64,000 bases of DNA, taken from NCBI RefSeq assembly GCF_016432865.1, contig NC_067404.1, forward strand, positions 42,966,001 to 43,030,000, in the 5' to 3' direction. This DNA is from Antechinus flavipes. Lineage: Eukaryota. Of this stretch, positions 11,672 to 24,929 are shown in pieces. Numbering within the stretch: the stretch's first letter is position 1; every line of letters starts with the position of its first letter. The notes beneath the pieces are model-generated. The model ran no database searches. It was not told the origin of the DNA and was given only the letters and a program-made list of their open reading frames with translations. The translations under genes were made by a program, and so were the position numbers.

Positions 11672-12879
11672 ACAAAAGAATTACATAATGTGTAAGGCAG
11701 AAAAACTGAGTGGAAGAGAAATATCCTATAGATTGCTTTGCAAATCTTAAAGTATTGTATGAATTTACTCATTTCTGATGATGATGATGATGATGATGAT
11801 ACCCGGGTTCAAATCTCTCTTTTGACACAAAGATTGTGTGACCCTAAGTCACTTATACTCAAGAGTTTTGGCCAGCTTTGTGAGGATGTAAGTTGTAGAT
11901 AAAGTGCCAAGTTGTAGCTATAGAAGGTCCAATTTTCTCATCCACAAGTCCCCCATAACAATGAAATTACAGGTCAAGCTCCTATCTCTGTCCCCACAAA
12001 GGCAGTGATTATCAAAGCTACTGAGAGCCCAATTCACACCCTCTCTGGTGTTGTGAGTGTGTAGGAAAGTAAAACTTCAGAGAAGTCCAAGGTAGAAAAG
12101 AAAGGAAAACCTAAGACTGGTGCCCTGTGCTGAGATTTCCATTGTTTTTGCAAGCCACCGATGAAGGAGATGAAAAGCTACATTTCCAAAGCCAAATCAA
12201 GTATCTCGATTTCAGCAAAGGAGAAACTCCTTTTGCTGGCCAGAAGCCAACCCGGTCGCCTGGGAGGCAGAAAGGATTTTTCCAAGTGGAGTATTTTAAG
12301 ACACCATTTTCCATGTAAACCATCAGGCGGTACAGAAGTGTTTTATTGGAGGCCACATTTGTCCCATTATAAACAAGGTGCTGATAAGATGCACGATTCA
12401 AAATATAACCACCTGTTCGGGATGGGAATCCAAGGGATATTTCTGTGTGTCCGTGTGTGTGTGTGTGTGTGTCCATGTGTCCTTAATTCAAGGACTTTTC
12501 CAGATAGGGTGGCCAACCTTCCTGTCTGGTCACTGAAAAGTAGGAGACAGCTATCCAGTTCGATTCAATATTTATTAAGAACCTACTATTTGTCAGATAT
12601 TGTTGGAGGTATCGGGGACACAAAATTGTAACAACGATTCCTGTCCTCAAGTTTATATTCTACTGGGGGACACAATAATACATGCAGACGGTATGAATGA
12701 ATACAACACATATACGAATTCAAGAACTTAGGAGATCAGGAAGAGCTTAATGGAAGAGGCGGTACCCGAGTTGGACATTGGAGAAAGCAGGGGATTCTCT
12801 AAAGCAATGGGAAAGAAGGCTGAAGAAGCAGGTCTGCAAAGGCACAGAGATGGTAGATGGCCCAGGATGGAGAGTGCAT

Positions 12880-13600
12880 CATGAAGAACCATTTGAAATA
12901 AGTTGGAAATGTATAAATATGTATACATATATCATATTTAACATATTTAACATGTATGGGACTACCTGCCATCTAGGGGAGGGGCTGAGGAAAAGTTGGA
13001 ACAGTTTGCAAGCGTCAATGGTGAAAAATTACCCATGTGTATGTTTTGTCAATAAAAAGCTATAAAAAAGAAATAAGGTTGGAAAGATAGATATAGATAT
13101 AGATAGATAGATACATATATATAGGTAACAAAATATAGAAGGCTTTATATTTCAGGCAGAACACAGATAAGCTATATTAAATTGTTGCTTTCTTGGGGAG
13201 AGAAGATGGAGAAAAATTTGGAATTCAAAATCTTTCAATAAATCAATATCAAAAACTGTCTTTACAATTCCAATCGATTTGTGATGGAAAGGCCAGCCGC
13301 ATGAAGAGATTGAATGTGGATCAAAACATTGTATTTTTTACCTTTTGTTATCGTTTGCTTATTTTTTTCCCCTTGTGTTTTTTTCCTTTTTGATCAGATT
13401 TTTTTATACAGCATGACGAATATGGAAATAGGTTTAGAACTGCACATGTTTAACCTATATTGGATTTCTTGCTATCTGGGGGTGGGGGTGGAGGGGGTAG
13501 AAAAATTTAGAACATGAGGTTTTTACAAAGGTGAGTGTTGAAAGCTGTTTTTACATGTACTTGGAAAAACAAAATTTGGAAAAATTAAAAACAGTAAATT
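12880..13600 (+). mobile_element. Two L1 3' UTR fragments
   Basis: tacctgccatctaggggagggg...aattacccatgtgtatg...aataaaaagc, followed by a second, older 3' UTR copy at about 13170-13600. Confidence 0.8.
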
Positions 13601-13914
13601 TAGAGAAGTTGTCTTTAAATGTCATTGGAAAAATAATATTAAATTATTAAAAAAATATTTCAGGCTGAGTAGTTTTAATTTTATGCTAGAAGTAACAAGA
13701 GAACCATGAAAGATTTTTGAGTATATGTGTATTTGGAGGAGAGCTTCACGATATGCTTCCAACATATTTTCCAGACCGAATTCATATCACTCCCCCTCAT
13801 TCACTCTACATTCTGGCCAAACTGGCTCACATAATAATTTTAGTGGTGGTGGTGGTAGTAGTAATAGTAGAAGTAATAGCATTTGTAAACTGCTTTAAGG
13901 TCTTTAAAGCATTT

Positions 13915-14152
13915 TGTTGTTGTTCAGTCATTTTTCAGTTGTGACTCCTTTTAGGGTTTTCTTGGCAAAGATGCCAAAGTGCTTTGCCGTTTCCTTCTCC
14001 AGCTCATTTTACAAAGGAGAAAACTGAGACTAACAGGGTGACGTGCCCTGGGACACCCAGCCAGTAAATGTCTGAGGTCACCTTTGAACTCCCATCTTCC
14101 TAGAGACTCCAGGCCCAGTGCCGTAACCATTGTAGCACCATCTAACTGCCCT
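13915..14152 (-). mobile_element. MAR1 SINE
   Basis: gggttttcttggcaaagatgccaaagtgctttgccgtttccttctccagctcattttac (reverse of the MAR1 tail). Confidence 0.85.
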
Positions 14153-15300
14153 CTCAGCATTTTACTTTATATTATCTTCATGTATACAACATTCTATCTC
14201 CCGCTCTTTTCCAGGCCTGGAATTCTCTCCCTCCTCCTCTTGGCATCCATAGTTGCTTCAAGACTCCGTTCAGTTCCACCTTCCCAACTTCCTAAATTTC
14301 AATGTATTTATCTTGGATCAATTCCACATTTACCCATCTCTTTATATAAGATGAAAGAATCATGGATTTAAACTTTGAAGGAACCTGGGATATCATCAAG
14401 GCCAACTTCCACATTTTACAGAAGAGGAACTGAGACACAGAGAAGTTCAGTGACTTGCCCAGGATCACACAGCTAGCACGTGAGATAAGAATGGAATCTA
14501 AAAGTCCCTGTGCCTAAATTCGGTGTTTGATACACTGGACAGATCTTGTTTCCCAAAAAGAATCTTAGTTCCCCGGGGACAGGAACTGTTCCCTTTTTGG
14601 CTTCCCCGTATAGTACCTGATGACAATAGGCATTTAATAAGTGACTTATCTACTAGATAAGTAATTTCTGTGATTTCTAAGAATTCCTACAGAGTATTAA
14701 TTCCAGCTCTGTAAATATAATGACCACTCTTGGTCCTGGAGAAAAGATGCTGAAGCGAAACACCTACGTTTCACTGGGGAAGTGGAGAACCAGAGGTTTG
14801 GGGATGTCGCATATATTGTTGGGATCGTTGCTTTCGCTTAAACGTTTTTCTTTGTGAAAAGGGGAGGATATCGGGAGAAAGGTCCATCGGGAAAATTATC
14901 GTGATGAAAAAATGAAAGGTCTCTATCAGAAAAAAATATTAGATCAGACATATAACTTACAAGACAGCATTACAGATTTACTCTGATGAACTGTGTGATA
15001 TAACGGAAAGACAACCAGACTGGGATTCAAAAGATCCATTTTCCACTCCCGGGTGGAAAAAGTTACACTCTCTCTCTGGGTCTCAGTTTCCCTATCTGTA
15101 AAATGAGGGCGATTATGCCCAATGACTGCCTTCTAGCACTGAGAGTCCACAGCAGAGGTGTCCAACACGTAGCCAGATGCAGCTCACAAAACGCCCAAAT
15201 GCAGCACAAACCAGATTAAAATTACAATTAAAATTAGGACATATTTTACAAGATAAATAGAAATAAGACAATGTTTTGATTTGTGGGATTTTTTTTTTTT

Positions 15301-15438
15301 GGCTGGGGCAGCTGGAGTTAAGTGACTTGCCCAGCGTCACACAGCCAGGAAGTGTTAAGTGTCTGAGACCAGATTTGAACTCAGGTCCTCCTGACTTCAG
15401 GGCTGGTGCTCTATCCACTGTGCCATCTAGCTGTCCCC
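15301..15438 (-). mobile_element. WSINE1 with TSD
   Basis: Full-length reverse copy flanked on both sides by ATTTGTGGGATTTTT. Confidence 0.92.
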
Positions 15439-16199
15439 CTTTTTCTTTAATTTGTGGGATTTTTAAAAGTCAATCTGCAGTCCAAGGATTTTTCTGTAGG
15501 GTTTAGTGTCCCTCTTTCTATTTTGAGTTTGACTCTACTGGTCTATGGTGACACATCAACCACACAAATAGTTTTTTTTAAATGTGAAAACCAAACAAAA
15601 TTAAAAACAGAATTGAACAAGCTTCCCTACTGTCCCCAAATAGGAGGTAAGACAAAGAATGAGATTATTTCCTAATATCAGAGAAGCCAGGGTAAAGATG
15701 ATGGGAGTAATAAGAAGAGTCGATGTTTCTCTATCCCTTTTAAGTCTGCAAAACATTTTATACACACGATCTCATTGGAGATGTGGGATGGGTGCTCGAG
15801 GTATCATTATTCCAATTCGACAGATGAGGAAACTGAGGCTCTGAGATGTGGACTGTGAGCTGAGAACAAAATTTTCCTAAACAAAAATAGTCTAGGAGGA
15901 AGTATATTGAGTCATCTGGTAGAGGGGAAAGCCAGAAAAGGGGATTTGCTCCCCATGAACCTCTAAAAGATGCCCATTATAAAAATCCAAACAGAGGAGC
16001 AAAGAAACAGTAGCTGATTGGTTTTCCAATTAAGGCACATAGATTTAACTTTTTGTAGATTAATTAAAACGTACTTCCTAAAGTACCAGAAATTCACTGG
16101 AACTTCCAAACATCAATCTTTGGATCCTGTGAAGTTTTCTGGAGCCAGTTCAATCTGGGGCTCAAAATTAACCATTAACCTAGTCTGATCTTTTTCCAA

Positions 16200-16420
16200 A
16201 AGGCCAATTCCAATAGACTTGTGATGGAGAGAGCCATCTACACCCAGAAAGAGGACTGTGGGAACTGAGTGTGGATCACAACATGGGATTTCCAGTCTTT
16301 TTGTTGTTGTTTATTTGCTTGTTTTTTTCTTTATCATTTTTTCTCCTTTTTGAGGTGATTTTTCTTGTGCAGCATGATAAATGTGTATTTTGAAAATAAA
16401 AAGCTATTATTAAAAGTTTA
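16200..16420 (+). mobile_element. L1 3' UTR fragment
   Basis: aggccaattccaatagacttgtgatggagagagccatc...gaaaataaaaagctatt. Confidence 0.8.
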
Positions 16421-16637
16421 CTTAAAATAATATTATAAATAATAATATTAAAATAAAATAAAATTCAGGTCTTCCTAAAAAAATAAGAACTGAAAAAAGA
16501 AAAAAACAAACTAATCTGATCTTATAGTACAAAGCTAAATTTAAACAGTGAAATAATTATCTTTCCTACAACTCTGTACTTAATAATTTCACCTGAAAAT
16601 TAAAAATTATCATTTTACCTCAAGAAGGAATGCAGCA

Positions 16638-16773
16638 GGGGGCAGCTAGGTGGCATAGTGGATACAGCACCAGCCCTGAAGTCAGGAGGACCTGAGTTCA
16701 AATCAAATCTCAGATACTTAACACGTCTTAGCCGTGTGACCCTATGCAAGTCACTTAACCCCAATTGTCTCAG
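16638..16773 (+). mobile_element. WSINE1
   Basis: gggggcagctaggtggcatagtggatacagcaccagccctgaagtcaggaggacctgagttc. Confidence 0.92.
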
Positions 16774-17989
16774 AAAAAAAAGAGAAGGAGGAAGAGGAGG
16801 AATACAGCAAATGAGGGCAGTTTCTAGAATCTGAGGACTTTTGACTTTGACTACCTATGTGTGAGACGTTGTCCAAGTCACATATCTCTAGGCCTTAGTT
16901 TGTTTTTCTCTCTAAAAGGACGAGGTTCTCTTCCAGTCCCAACCAAGACCTAGCATTTTATGGTTCTATAATACAATTATCAGAGTATACTACAACTAAA
17001 ACAATTATCAGAGTATAATACAACTAGGTATCAGAGGTGGGATTTGTGTGAGAAGAACAGGGTTCAAATCCTGCTTGGCTACTTATGATCTTGGGGGAGT
17101 CCCTTTCCCTCCCTGGTTCTTAGTTTCCTTATCAACCTCTTCTGGAGGTTGGACTACATGGCATCTGAGGGCCCTTCAAGCCTATGTCTATGATTCTAAG
17201 TTCAGGAAAAGGATTATGCTGAACATCATCTAACCCATCCCCTTGACCCTGGAGGAGTCTTTTCTTTCTTTCTTTTTTTTAATTTAAAAATGAATTATGT
17301 TATGTAGTCATTTTATTTATCATTTAAATTATGTTTAATTAATGAATTTAATGAATTAAAATAAATATTTTAAAATTGCCCATTTTAATTTCTTTTTTTT
17401 AAATTATAACTTTTTATTGACAGAACCCATGCCTGGATAATTTTTTACAACATCATCCCTTGCACTCACTTCTGTTCCGACTTTTCCCCTCCCTCCCTCC
17501 CTTCACCCCTAGAGGAGTCTTTTCTCTGACATCTCTTTCTGAACACTGTCAGGGAGTTCACCAGCTCATGACATAGCCTATTTTATGATGGAGAATAAAT
17601 TTTTAAAAATACTTGTTTCTAACATCTGCATTTTCCCCCCTTCGCTCGATTTCCACTTTCTGTTATCTCATCTGCAGCAACCCGGAATAAATTCACTTCC
17701 TTTGTCTCATGACAGACTTTCATATCTGGAATCCAGCTACTAATATCTACCCTTAGACTTTTATTCTCCAGCCTCATGGTGATCCAAGCTGGAGGGCACA
17801 TGGCACCATTTTGTTTACAAAATTATGCTGGATCCCCAGAGAGAACTATGGAAACTGAATAGGGAGGGCAGTGTGGTTCTTTCACTTTTTGTTTGTCTGT
17901 TTTCTTTCTCGTATTTTTTTTCCCTTTTGGTCTGATTTTTCTTGTACAACATTAAAAATATGGAAATGTTGAAAAGATTTGTACACGTC

Positions 17990-18350
17990 GATCCTAAAAA
18001 AATCATGCTGGAGGGATTGATCGAAGTCTTGCCAAAATCAAGGTGGATCCATTATGACTATTCCGTTTATATAATCTGCCAAACAACTCTAAAAAGGGGG
18101 GAACGAAGCTGGTTTATGACGCTGGTCTTTTCCTCTCTCTCTGGACGCGTTTCAAAATAGGCTCAACACAGGATTTACAAGCTCTCCATCGCCTCTAGTA
18201 TCTCTTGTAGTTTTAGGCGAATCTGAGGAACACTGGCTGCTGCTGAACCTGCCTTGGCTCCCTGAGATTACCACGTTCTTTTCCCAATGTTTACCTCCCA
18301 CCTGTTTAATAATCTCTTTGAAAATTTTGCCAGCGTGGAGGGCAAGCACA
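17990..18350 (-). mobile_element. CR1/L3 reverse-transcriptase remnant
   Basis: ORF 18152-18349 contains GKIFKEIIKQVGGKHWEKNVVISGSQGRF, resembling CR1 GKILEQIIKQSICKHLEENKVISxSQHGF; downstream LDFGKxFDQSLQHD resembles LDFSKAFDKVSHD. Confidence 0.75.
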
Positions 18351-18860
18351 TAAGGCCGGAGCCTCGGGAATCCATCCGTGTCTGCTGAGGTTTTAGCTCT
18401 GCCATCAGCATATCACACCCCTCACATACTTGGCCAGCTTTGGCCCCAGAGTGCTGCTTTGATCTTTTGGAGAAACTCTGCCTGTGACTCCAACTAACTA
18501 ACTAAATAACCCGTTAACTATAGGCCACAGATTATTCAACCTCTTTCATCTCAACGATGATCTGGCATGCACGTTAGAAGGAATGGGTCATCTCCTCGTC
18601 AACATCTGGGCAGTGAACTGGCTTGAGGATTCCCTGAAGACCAGATACAGTTAGGGGCACGGAAAGGGAGTGAAGAGGCTGGCCCCCGTTTTTCCCTTCT
18701 CCTACTCATCCCCGAGTACCTTTCCACCAATATTTCTTGAAAATATTTAACAAAAAATATTTAATAAAATAACAAAAATAATCATTTATTTTTAATTCCC
18801 TATGATCTTTAGAGAAAACATTTCTTAATTTTTTTTTTGTATCATGGGACCTCACCATCC

Positions 18861-18968
18861 GATGAAGCCCACCGACCCCTCGGAATCCGGTTTTTAAATG
18901 CAAAACAAAAACACTGGATCATAAAGGAAACCAATTATATTGAAAACCAGTTTATACATAGGTGTGTG
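18861..18968 (+). mobile_element. hAT-like MITE fragment, copy 1 of a near-identical local pair
   Basis: gatgaagcccaccgacccctc...tttttaaatgcaaaacaaaa...ggatcataaaggaaaccaattatattg. Confidence 0.6.
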
Positions 18969-19204
18969 TATTTGGATAGAAAGGCAGATATAAATGAAAG
19001 AAAAACAAGGTCACAGACAACTTTCTAGGAGAAAATTGAGGAATTGGTTGGGCAGTAGAGGTCCTTAGCTGATGTGCCTTAATGAATAGCTAAGATCGCT
19101 TTTAAATCAGCATATCCATTTCAGTATGTAAATGTCTACTTTTGCCACTGTTGTGGTTTTGGAGTCCAAATTCATGAGTTAGAACTCATCTTAATCTCAG
19201 ATTA

Positions 19205-19600
19205 ATTAGCTTTTTAAAAATTTTAATTTTAATTAATTTTATTATTTTTATTTATATAGAAATATAATACAATCAATATATTATTATATATGATTATTAA
19301 AATAATTTTATTATATAATTATATAAAATAAAAATTTTAATTTTATTATTTTTATTTCTATATAAATATAATGCATAATTAATATATTATTATATAATTA
19401 TTAAAATAATTTTATGATATAATTATATATTATATAAAATAAAAATTTTAATTTTAATTATTTTTATTCATATATAGAAATATCCTATAATTAATATATC
19501 ACATATAATATTACTATATTATATATTATTGAAATAATTTTATTGTTATTATATCATTATATATTATTATATAAAATAAAATTTAAAATTTTAATTAATC
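19205..19600. repeat. AT-rich minisatellite, about three degenerate ~105-140 bp units
   Basis: The block aattatataaaataaaaattttaattt...tatatagaaatat...aatatattattat...aaataatttta recurs about three times. Confidence 0.7.
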
Positions 19601-19624
19601 AGCTTAATCTTAGCTCTGCCACTG

Positions 19625-19746
19625 AGAGCAATTGAGGTTACGTGACTTGCCCAGAGTCACACAGCCAAGAAGTGTGACCAGATTTGAACTCAGGTCCTCC
19701 TGACTACAGGGTTGCTGCTCTATCCTCTGCACCACCAAGCTGCCCC
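19625..19746 (-). mobile_element. WSINE1
   Basis: gcaattgaggttacgtgacttgcccagagtcacacagcc...gaactcaggtcctcctgact...gctgcccc. Confidence 0.85.
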
Positions 19747-20635
19747 TCTGCCATTGAGTTCTTAAGTGACATTGTCTCACCGAACCTCAGTTTTCCTATC
19801 TGTAAAATGAGGGGCTCTGACTAGTCAGCTTCCAGTTGTAGCCCCGGTTATCCAGGGCACCAGTTGGGAGTGCCAAGGACCCCTCACGTGTCTGTGAGAC
19901 GTGACCTCTGGCAGATAAAGAAGTTGGACTAGATGAGATCTGAGATTCCTCTGAACCTCAGAATCCCCCCTCTCCTGCCTCTGCTCCCAAACACCGAAAG
20001 GTTAGACTGCTCTGATCAGCCTCCACGAGGCTCTGGACCCTTGAACGAGAGTCTGGAAACTTCCTGGTGGTGGTGGCGGATGTGCAGATGAAACTTGTTC
20101 ATTGGGACTTTTTCTCCCACTACACAAAGCTCCCCAGGGCTCTCCCTTTCAGAGGGGGCCCATCAAGGCTGTTACGCAAATGAGCTCATCACGGATCAGG
20201 CTAGGAATTGTGAAAACATTTTGTCAAGTGTTCTGAGGCCTGGGTGCCATTCCTGGTGCTCCTATTTATTAGCTGGGTAACCTCGGAACATTTCCTTCCC
20301 CTTTGGGGACTTCAACTGCCTTAACTATAAAATGAAGGGAATGGACCAGATGACCTCTAAGGTCCATTCTAGCTCAAAATCCTCTCCTTACATGAGATGC
20401 TCCATTTCCTACCTCCAAGGCTTTCTTTCCTCACTTTTAATATATAGAATCTCGAGCACAAATGACCCTTACTACAAGAGACTTTAGCTCGTCTCCCCAT
20501 TGTAAATATTCTTGCCCAGCTCAAAACCACTTTGTGCTTGGGTTCTATCTGGTTAGCATTAAGCTGTCTGTGTCCGTAGGATCCTAGATCTAGAGCTGGG
20601 AGGGACCTCAGAGACCATCGGGGAGCTCGCATTCG

Positions 20636-20743
20636 GATGAAGCCCACCGACCCCTCAGAATCGGGTTTTTAAATGCAAAACAAAAATACTCTGGATCACA
20701 AAGGAAACCGATTATATTGGAAAAGTTTATACATACGTGTGTG
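20636..20743 (+). mobile_element. hAT-like MITE fragment, copy 2 of the local pair
   Basis: Near-identical to 18861-18968. Confidence 0.6.
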
Positions 20744-20759
20744 TGAGTGTGTACACGGA

Positions 20760-21003
20760 CAGAGGAGCAAATCCTGGCCAGCAGTGGAGAGAGTGCTGGG
20801 TGATTCCTCTTCCTGACTTCAAATCTGGCCTCATACACCCACTGGCTGTGTGACCCTGGGCAGGTCACTTGACCCTGTCTGCCTCCGTTTCCTCTTGTAC
20901 CAAATGAGCTGAAGAAGGAAATAGCAAACCAGTCCAGTAAGTCTACCAAGAACACCCCAAATGGAGTCACAGAGAGTCAGAAGGGACGGAACGACAACAA
21001 CAA
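20760..21003 (+). mobile_element. MAR1 SINE
   Basis: gagctgaagaaggaaatagcaaaccagtccagtaagtctaccaagaacaccccaaatggagtcac...acaacaacaa. Confidence 0.8.
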
Positions 21004-22659
21004 ACTGAAGCCTAGCATGGTAAGTGACTGGTTCCGGATCCTATGGGGAAGCTGGAGCTAGAAGGGACCTCAGAAGCCATCCACCAGCCAAAGCTCTCCT
21101 TATTTCCCAGATCAAAGGATTCTGGATTTAGAGCTGGGATATCCCCGGGCCCCCGAGCCCACTTATTTTTACAGCTGAGGAAACTGAGGCAAGAGAGAAG
21201 CGATGTGCTGCAGAATGTGTGTAAGCGGAGGGCCGGGTCTCCAGATTCAACACCCTTTCCATTGAACTCCACTTCCTCTTGGATGCTCCGCAGCCATTTG
21301 GATTGTCTAAGCAGTTTTCTCAGTGCCCTAGCTGTGAGGGATTATTCAGCCCTCATCTAGTCATCCAGAAAGGGGAAGGGGGGAGGGGGGAACCACTCAT
21401 TTCAAAGGAATGCCTGCAGTCCCCGGGGTGGGGCCCTTTGGTGTCAAGGCCTGTAGTCCAAACAATGAACCTGAAGCCTGAGTGACTTGACTGTCTCCCT
21501 CAGGAGTCTTGGAGCTTTAAGAAGACAAAAACCCGTAAGAAAGCTCACACTGACATGAATGCACAGAATCTGAATGGGGCAGTGGCTCTGAACCCATCAC
21601 TCATTAATCAATCATTACTCCCACGGGGGTTTTTGCAGCAAGGCATCCTGGGAAGTGCACTCCACTCCGATGGAGAAGGCCCGAGCTGGCAGTGGGGCTC
21701 TTGTCACTGAGGAGCTGTGTGACCTCAACCGATTCATTTTCCCTCTCTGGGCCTCAGCTCCCTCCTCCACCAACGGAACGGGGGGGGAGGGGTCGCCTCC
21801 GAGGATCTCCGAGGTCCCTCACAACTGCAATAGTCAATGCTTCTATTGTATCCATTGTTATAGCCCAAATAAATAAATAAATCACAGCCTGCTCCAAAGG
21901 CCCATTTTTTGGAAAGACTGATATCAAAGCAGAGGAGAGAGGGCACTTCTCTTGGGAAGAACTGTGAAAAAAGGAGTTTAGAAGCCCACCTCAGGACTAG
22001 TGACCGTGTGACTGTGGACAAGTCACTGAATGCTGCTGTAAAATGAGGGGTTTAGACTCAATTACCTGCAAGGTCCCTTGCAGCTCAAAATCTAGCATGC
22101 AAATGGGCCTGGGTGGATTAGGTGACCTTGAAGGCCCTCTCTAGTTTAAAAGGGACGGCTTCTGGCCGAGCCCCTGTGATTCTCTGGCGACAGCATATGT
22201 CTGCGAAGCTTGGAACACATCTTGGAAGTCTCATGAGTTCAGAAGACCCAGGCCTCTGCCGGCACCGCCTCCGTGGACCTGGAATCCACAGTACAATAAG
22301 GCACTGGGGGAAGACCCGCCGTGTTTTCCCCCAGCATCCTCGTGATGGTGGGAAAAGTCAAGACCGGACTCTAACATCTGGGCTGGGTTCCCTGAGATTC
22401 TTGGGGAGCAGACAAGTCACCTGGGCCAAACGGGCACGGACGGGGTGGGACCCGCGTCCCCGGAAGGAAATCCTCAACAGATGACATCACAGATGGATGC
22501 GAGGCTTTGGATTGAACACGGTCTTGTTCTGTTTCTTTACCGTTCCAAGTACTAAGCAGGCTCCCCAAGGACTCCGAGAAGTGGAAAGCACTTGGGGGCC
22601 TAAATGCCCCCTCCCTGTGTGCTTGGGGGGGTGGTCCTGCCTGTTGGGGGGCTGCTGTT

Positions 22660-22830
22660 CTTCAGTTCTGACTTGTCCCATTTGGAATTTTCTTAACAGG
22701 AATACTAGAGTAGTTTGCCATTTACTTTTCCACATTATTTTACAGATGGGGAAACTGAGGCAAACAGAGTGCCGTGACCCCGGGGTCACCAAGTGAGCAT
22801 CTGAGGCCACATTTGCACTCAGGAAAATGA
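22660..22830 (-). mobile_element. MAR1 SINE
   Basis: ctgttcttcagttctgacttgtcccatttggaattttctt...ggggaaactgaggcaaacagag. Confidence 0.75.
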
Positions 22831-22949
22831 ATCTTTTTGCTATTCTTAGCAATATGATGAGCCACAACTACTCTGAAGGACTTAAACGATGAAAAATCCT
22901 GTCCATAGCCAGAGAAAGAACCGATTATGTCTGAATACAGATTCAAGCA

Positions 22950-23850
22950 CTGTCTCCTTCTCCCCTCCTCCTCTCCCTCTTTCTCTTCCCCCTCCCTCTC
23001 TCCCTCTGTTTCTCTCTCACCTTTCTTTCCTCCTCTCCCTCTCTCATTCTGTCTCTCTCTATGGCTCTGTCTCCCTCTCTCTATCCCTTTCTTTTTCACC
23101 CCCTCCATCTCTGTCTCTCCCTGTCTCCCTCTTCTTCCTCTCTCTCTTCTCCCTCTCTCCCCTTCCTCTCCTCTTCTCCCTCTTTCCCCTTCCCCCTCTC
23201 TCCTGTTTTCCCTCCCCCTTCCCTCTCCATTTCTCTCTCTTCCCCTCCTCTCCTCTCCCTCTCTCTCATTCTGTCTCTCCTTGGCTCTGTCTCCCTGTTT
23301 CTCCCAGTCTCTCTGTCTCTGTCTCTCCCTCCCTGCCTCCCTCTTCTTCCCCCTCCCCCTCCTCTTTCCCACTCCCTTTCCCTCCTCTTTCTCCTGCTTC
23401 TTCTTCTTTACCTCCTCCTCCTCTTCCCTCTCTCTCCCTCCCCAACCCCCTCTCTCCCTCTTTCTCTTCCCCTCCTCTCTCTCTCCCTCCCTCTTTCTCC
23501 TTCTCTCTCCCACTCTCTCTCCCTCCATTCTCATTCTGTCTATAGCTCTGTCTCACTATGTCTCTTTCTCTCCCCCTGCCTCTGTGTGTGTCTCCCTCCC
23601 TCCCCCCACTTCTCTCTCTATCTTCTTCCCCCTCTGTCTTTTTCTTCCTCTCCCCCCTCTCCTCTCAGTCTCCTTTCTCTCTCTCCCTGATTCTGTCTCT
23701 CCCTCCCCCTTTCCCTTTCTTTCCCTTTCCCCTCTCTCTCTTCCCTCTCCTCTCCTCTCCTACTCTCCCTGTCTCTCCCTCTCCCTCCCTTCCCCCCTCT
23801 TTCTCTTCCTCTTTCTTTTCCTCTTTTCCTTACCTTATTTTTCCTCAGGG
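22950..23850. repeat. ~900-bp polypyrimidine (CT-rich) low-complexity tract
   Basis: Almost exclusively C/T on the + strand; accounts for the long S/L/P and E/R/G ORFs. Confidence 0.95.
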
Positions 23851-24929
23851 CTTTCTTTTTAAGAGGAGATCTGTTTTCTTTCACAGTGTTTTGCATCATT
23901 GGATACTGCTTTCTTTAATGGGTGTTGGGAGTGGGAAGAGGAGAGAGAATCTGGAACTCAAAGTTTTAAAAACAAATGTAAAAACATGTTTTAAATGTAA
24001 TTGGGGAAAATTTTTAAAAATATATTGATTTTTTTTAAAGAAAGGAAGATGGGTCTTTCTGACTCTGGGCTGGAGCACTATCCACTGAGCCAGCGGCTCA
24101 CTCATCCCTGCTGGGGAATGGATCCAATTAAAGACAGAGATGATTCATAGATTTGCAAAACAAGACTTGGGGGTGTGTGGCGAAATTCAGAGTTGTCAAA
24201 GGGCATCATCTAGTGAAATCCCCTCATTTGACAGATGAGGAAACCGAGGCTCTACCAGTTATAATCAAATGGCATCCGAGGTGGGATTTGAATCCAAGTC
24301 CTCCTACTCCAGAGCAAATAATCTTTCTACCTTAAATAGCATATCATCCAAGGCCTTCATTTTCCTGCAGAGAAACTGAGGTCCACAAAGGTGAATTACC
24401 TAGGCCAAGGTGCAGGCAGAATTCGGAAACCAGGGATCTCCTGCCTTTAGGCCCAGCACACCTTGCATTTCGCTGCCTGCTGAAGGCCTTGAGGGGACCC
24501 TGGCCCTTTTCAATCCCCCTCAGGATCCAAGGCCCCAAGAGACCATCAGGGTGACCTCTTTTTCAATCCCCTTGTTTTCCTCCCCTTTCCCACAGACCTC
24601 TCTGACTGGAGACCTGGCCCTTCCTCATTGTTGCTGCCCCCACCCCACCCCACCCTGCCTTTTCTCTACCTGGCTGAGCCATCAATGTCAAACTATTAGA
24701 AGGAAAAGAGCCCAAGCTCCCTCCCTTTGGGATTTGCTTGTATATACTTCAAACCCTTTCCTTCTGCTCCCATCCAAATGTGTCTGTCCTGTCTCCCCAG
24801 CCGTGGGGCCCTGCTCTCAGAGGCTCTGATAAGTTAATCCAGGAATACAACATGTCAGAGTTTAGGGGATGGAGCCCCTGCAATCCTCGGAGGCCAATTT
24901 ATCTCCCTAAATGCTTATATTGACAAAAG

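Noticed and set aside
12127-12318. ORF containing DEG...YLDFSK
   Set aside because: Resembles the CR1 RT motif YLDFSKAFD, but flanking similarity is too weak to call either a CR1 remnant or a gene.
22740-23899. Long ORFs (200-311 aa) on both strands
   Set aside because: Translation of a CT/GA low-complexity tract. The same applies to 33849-34379 and 62609-63488.
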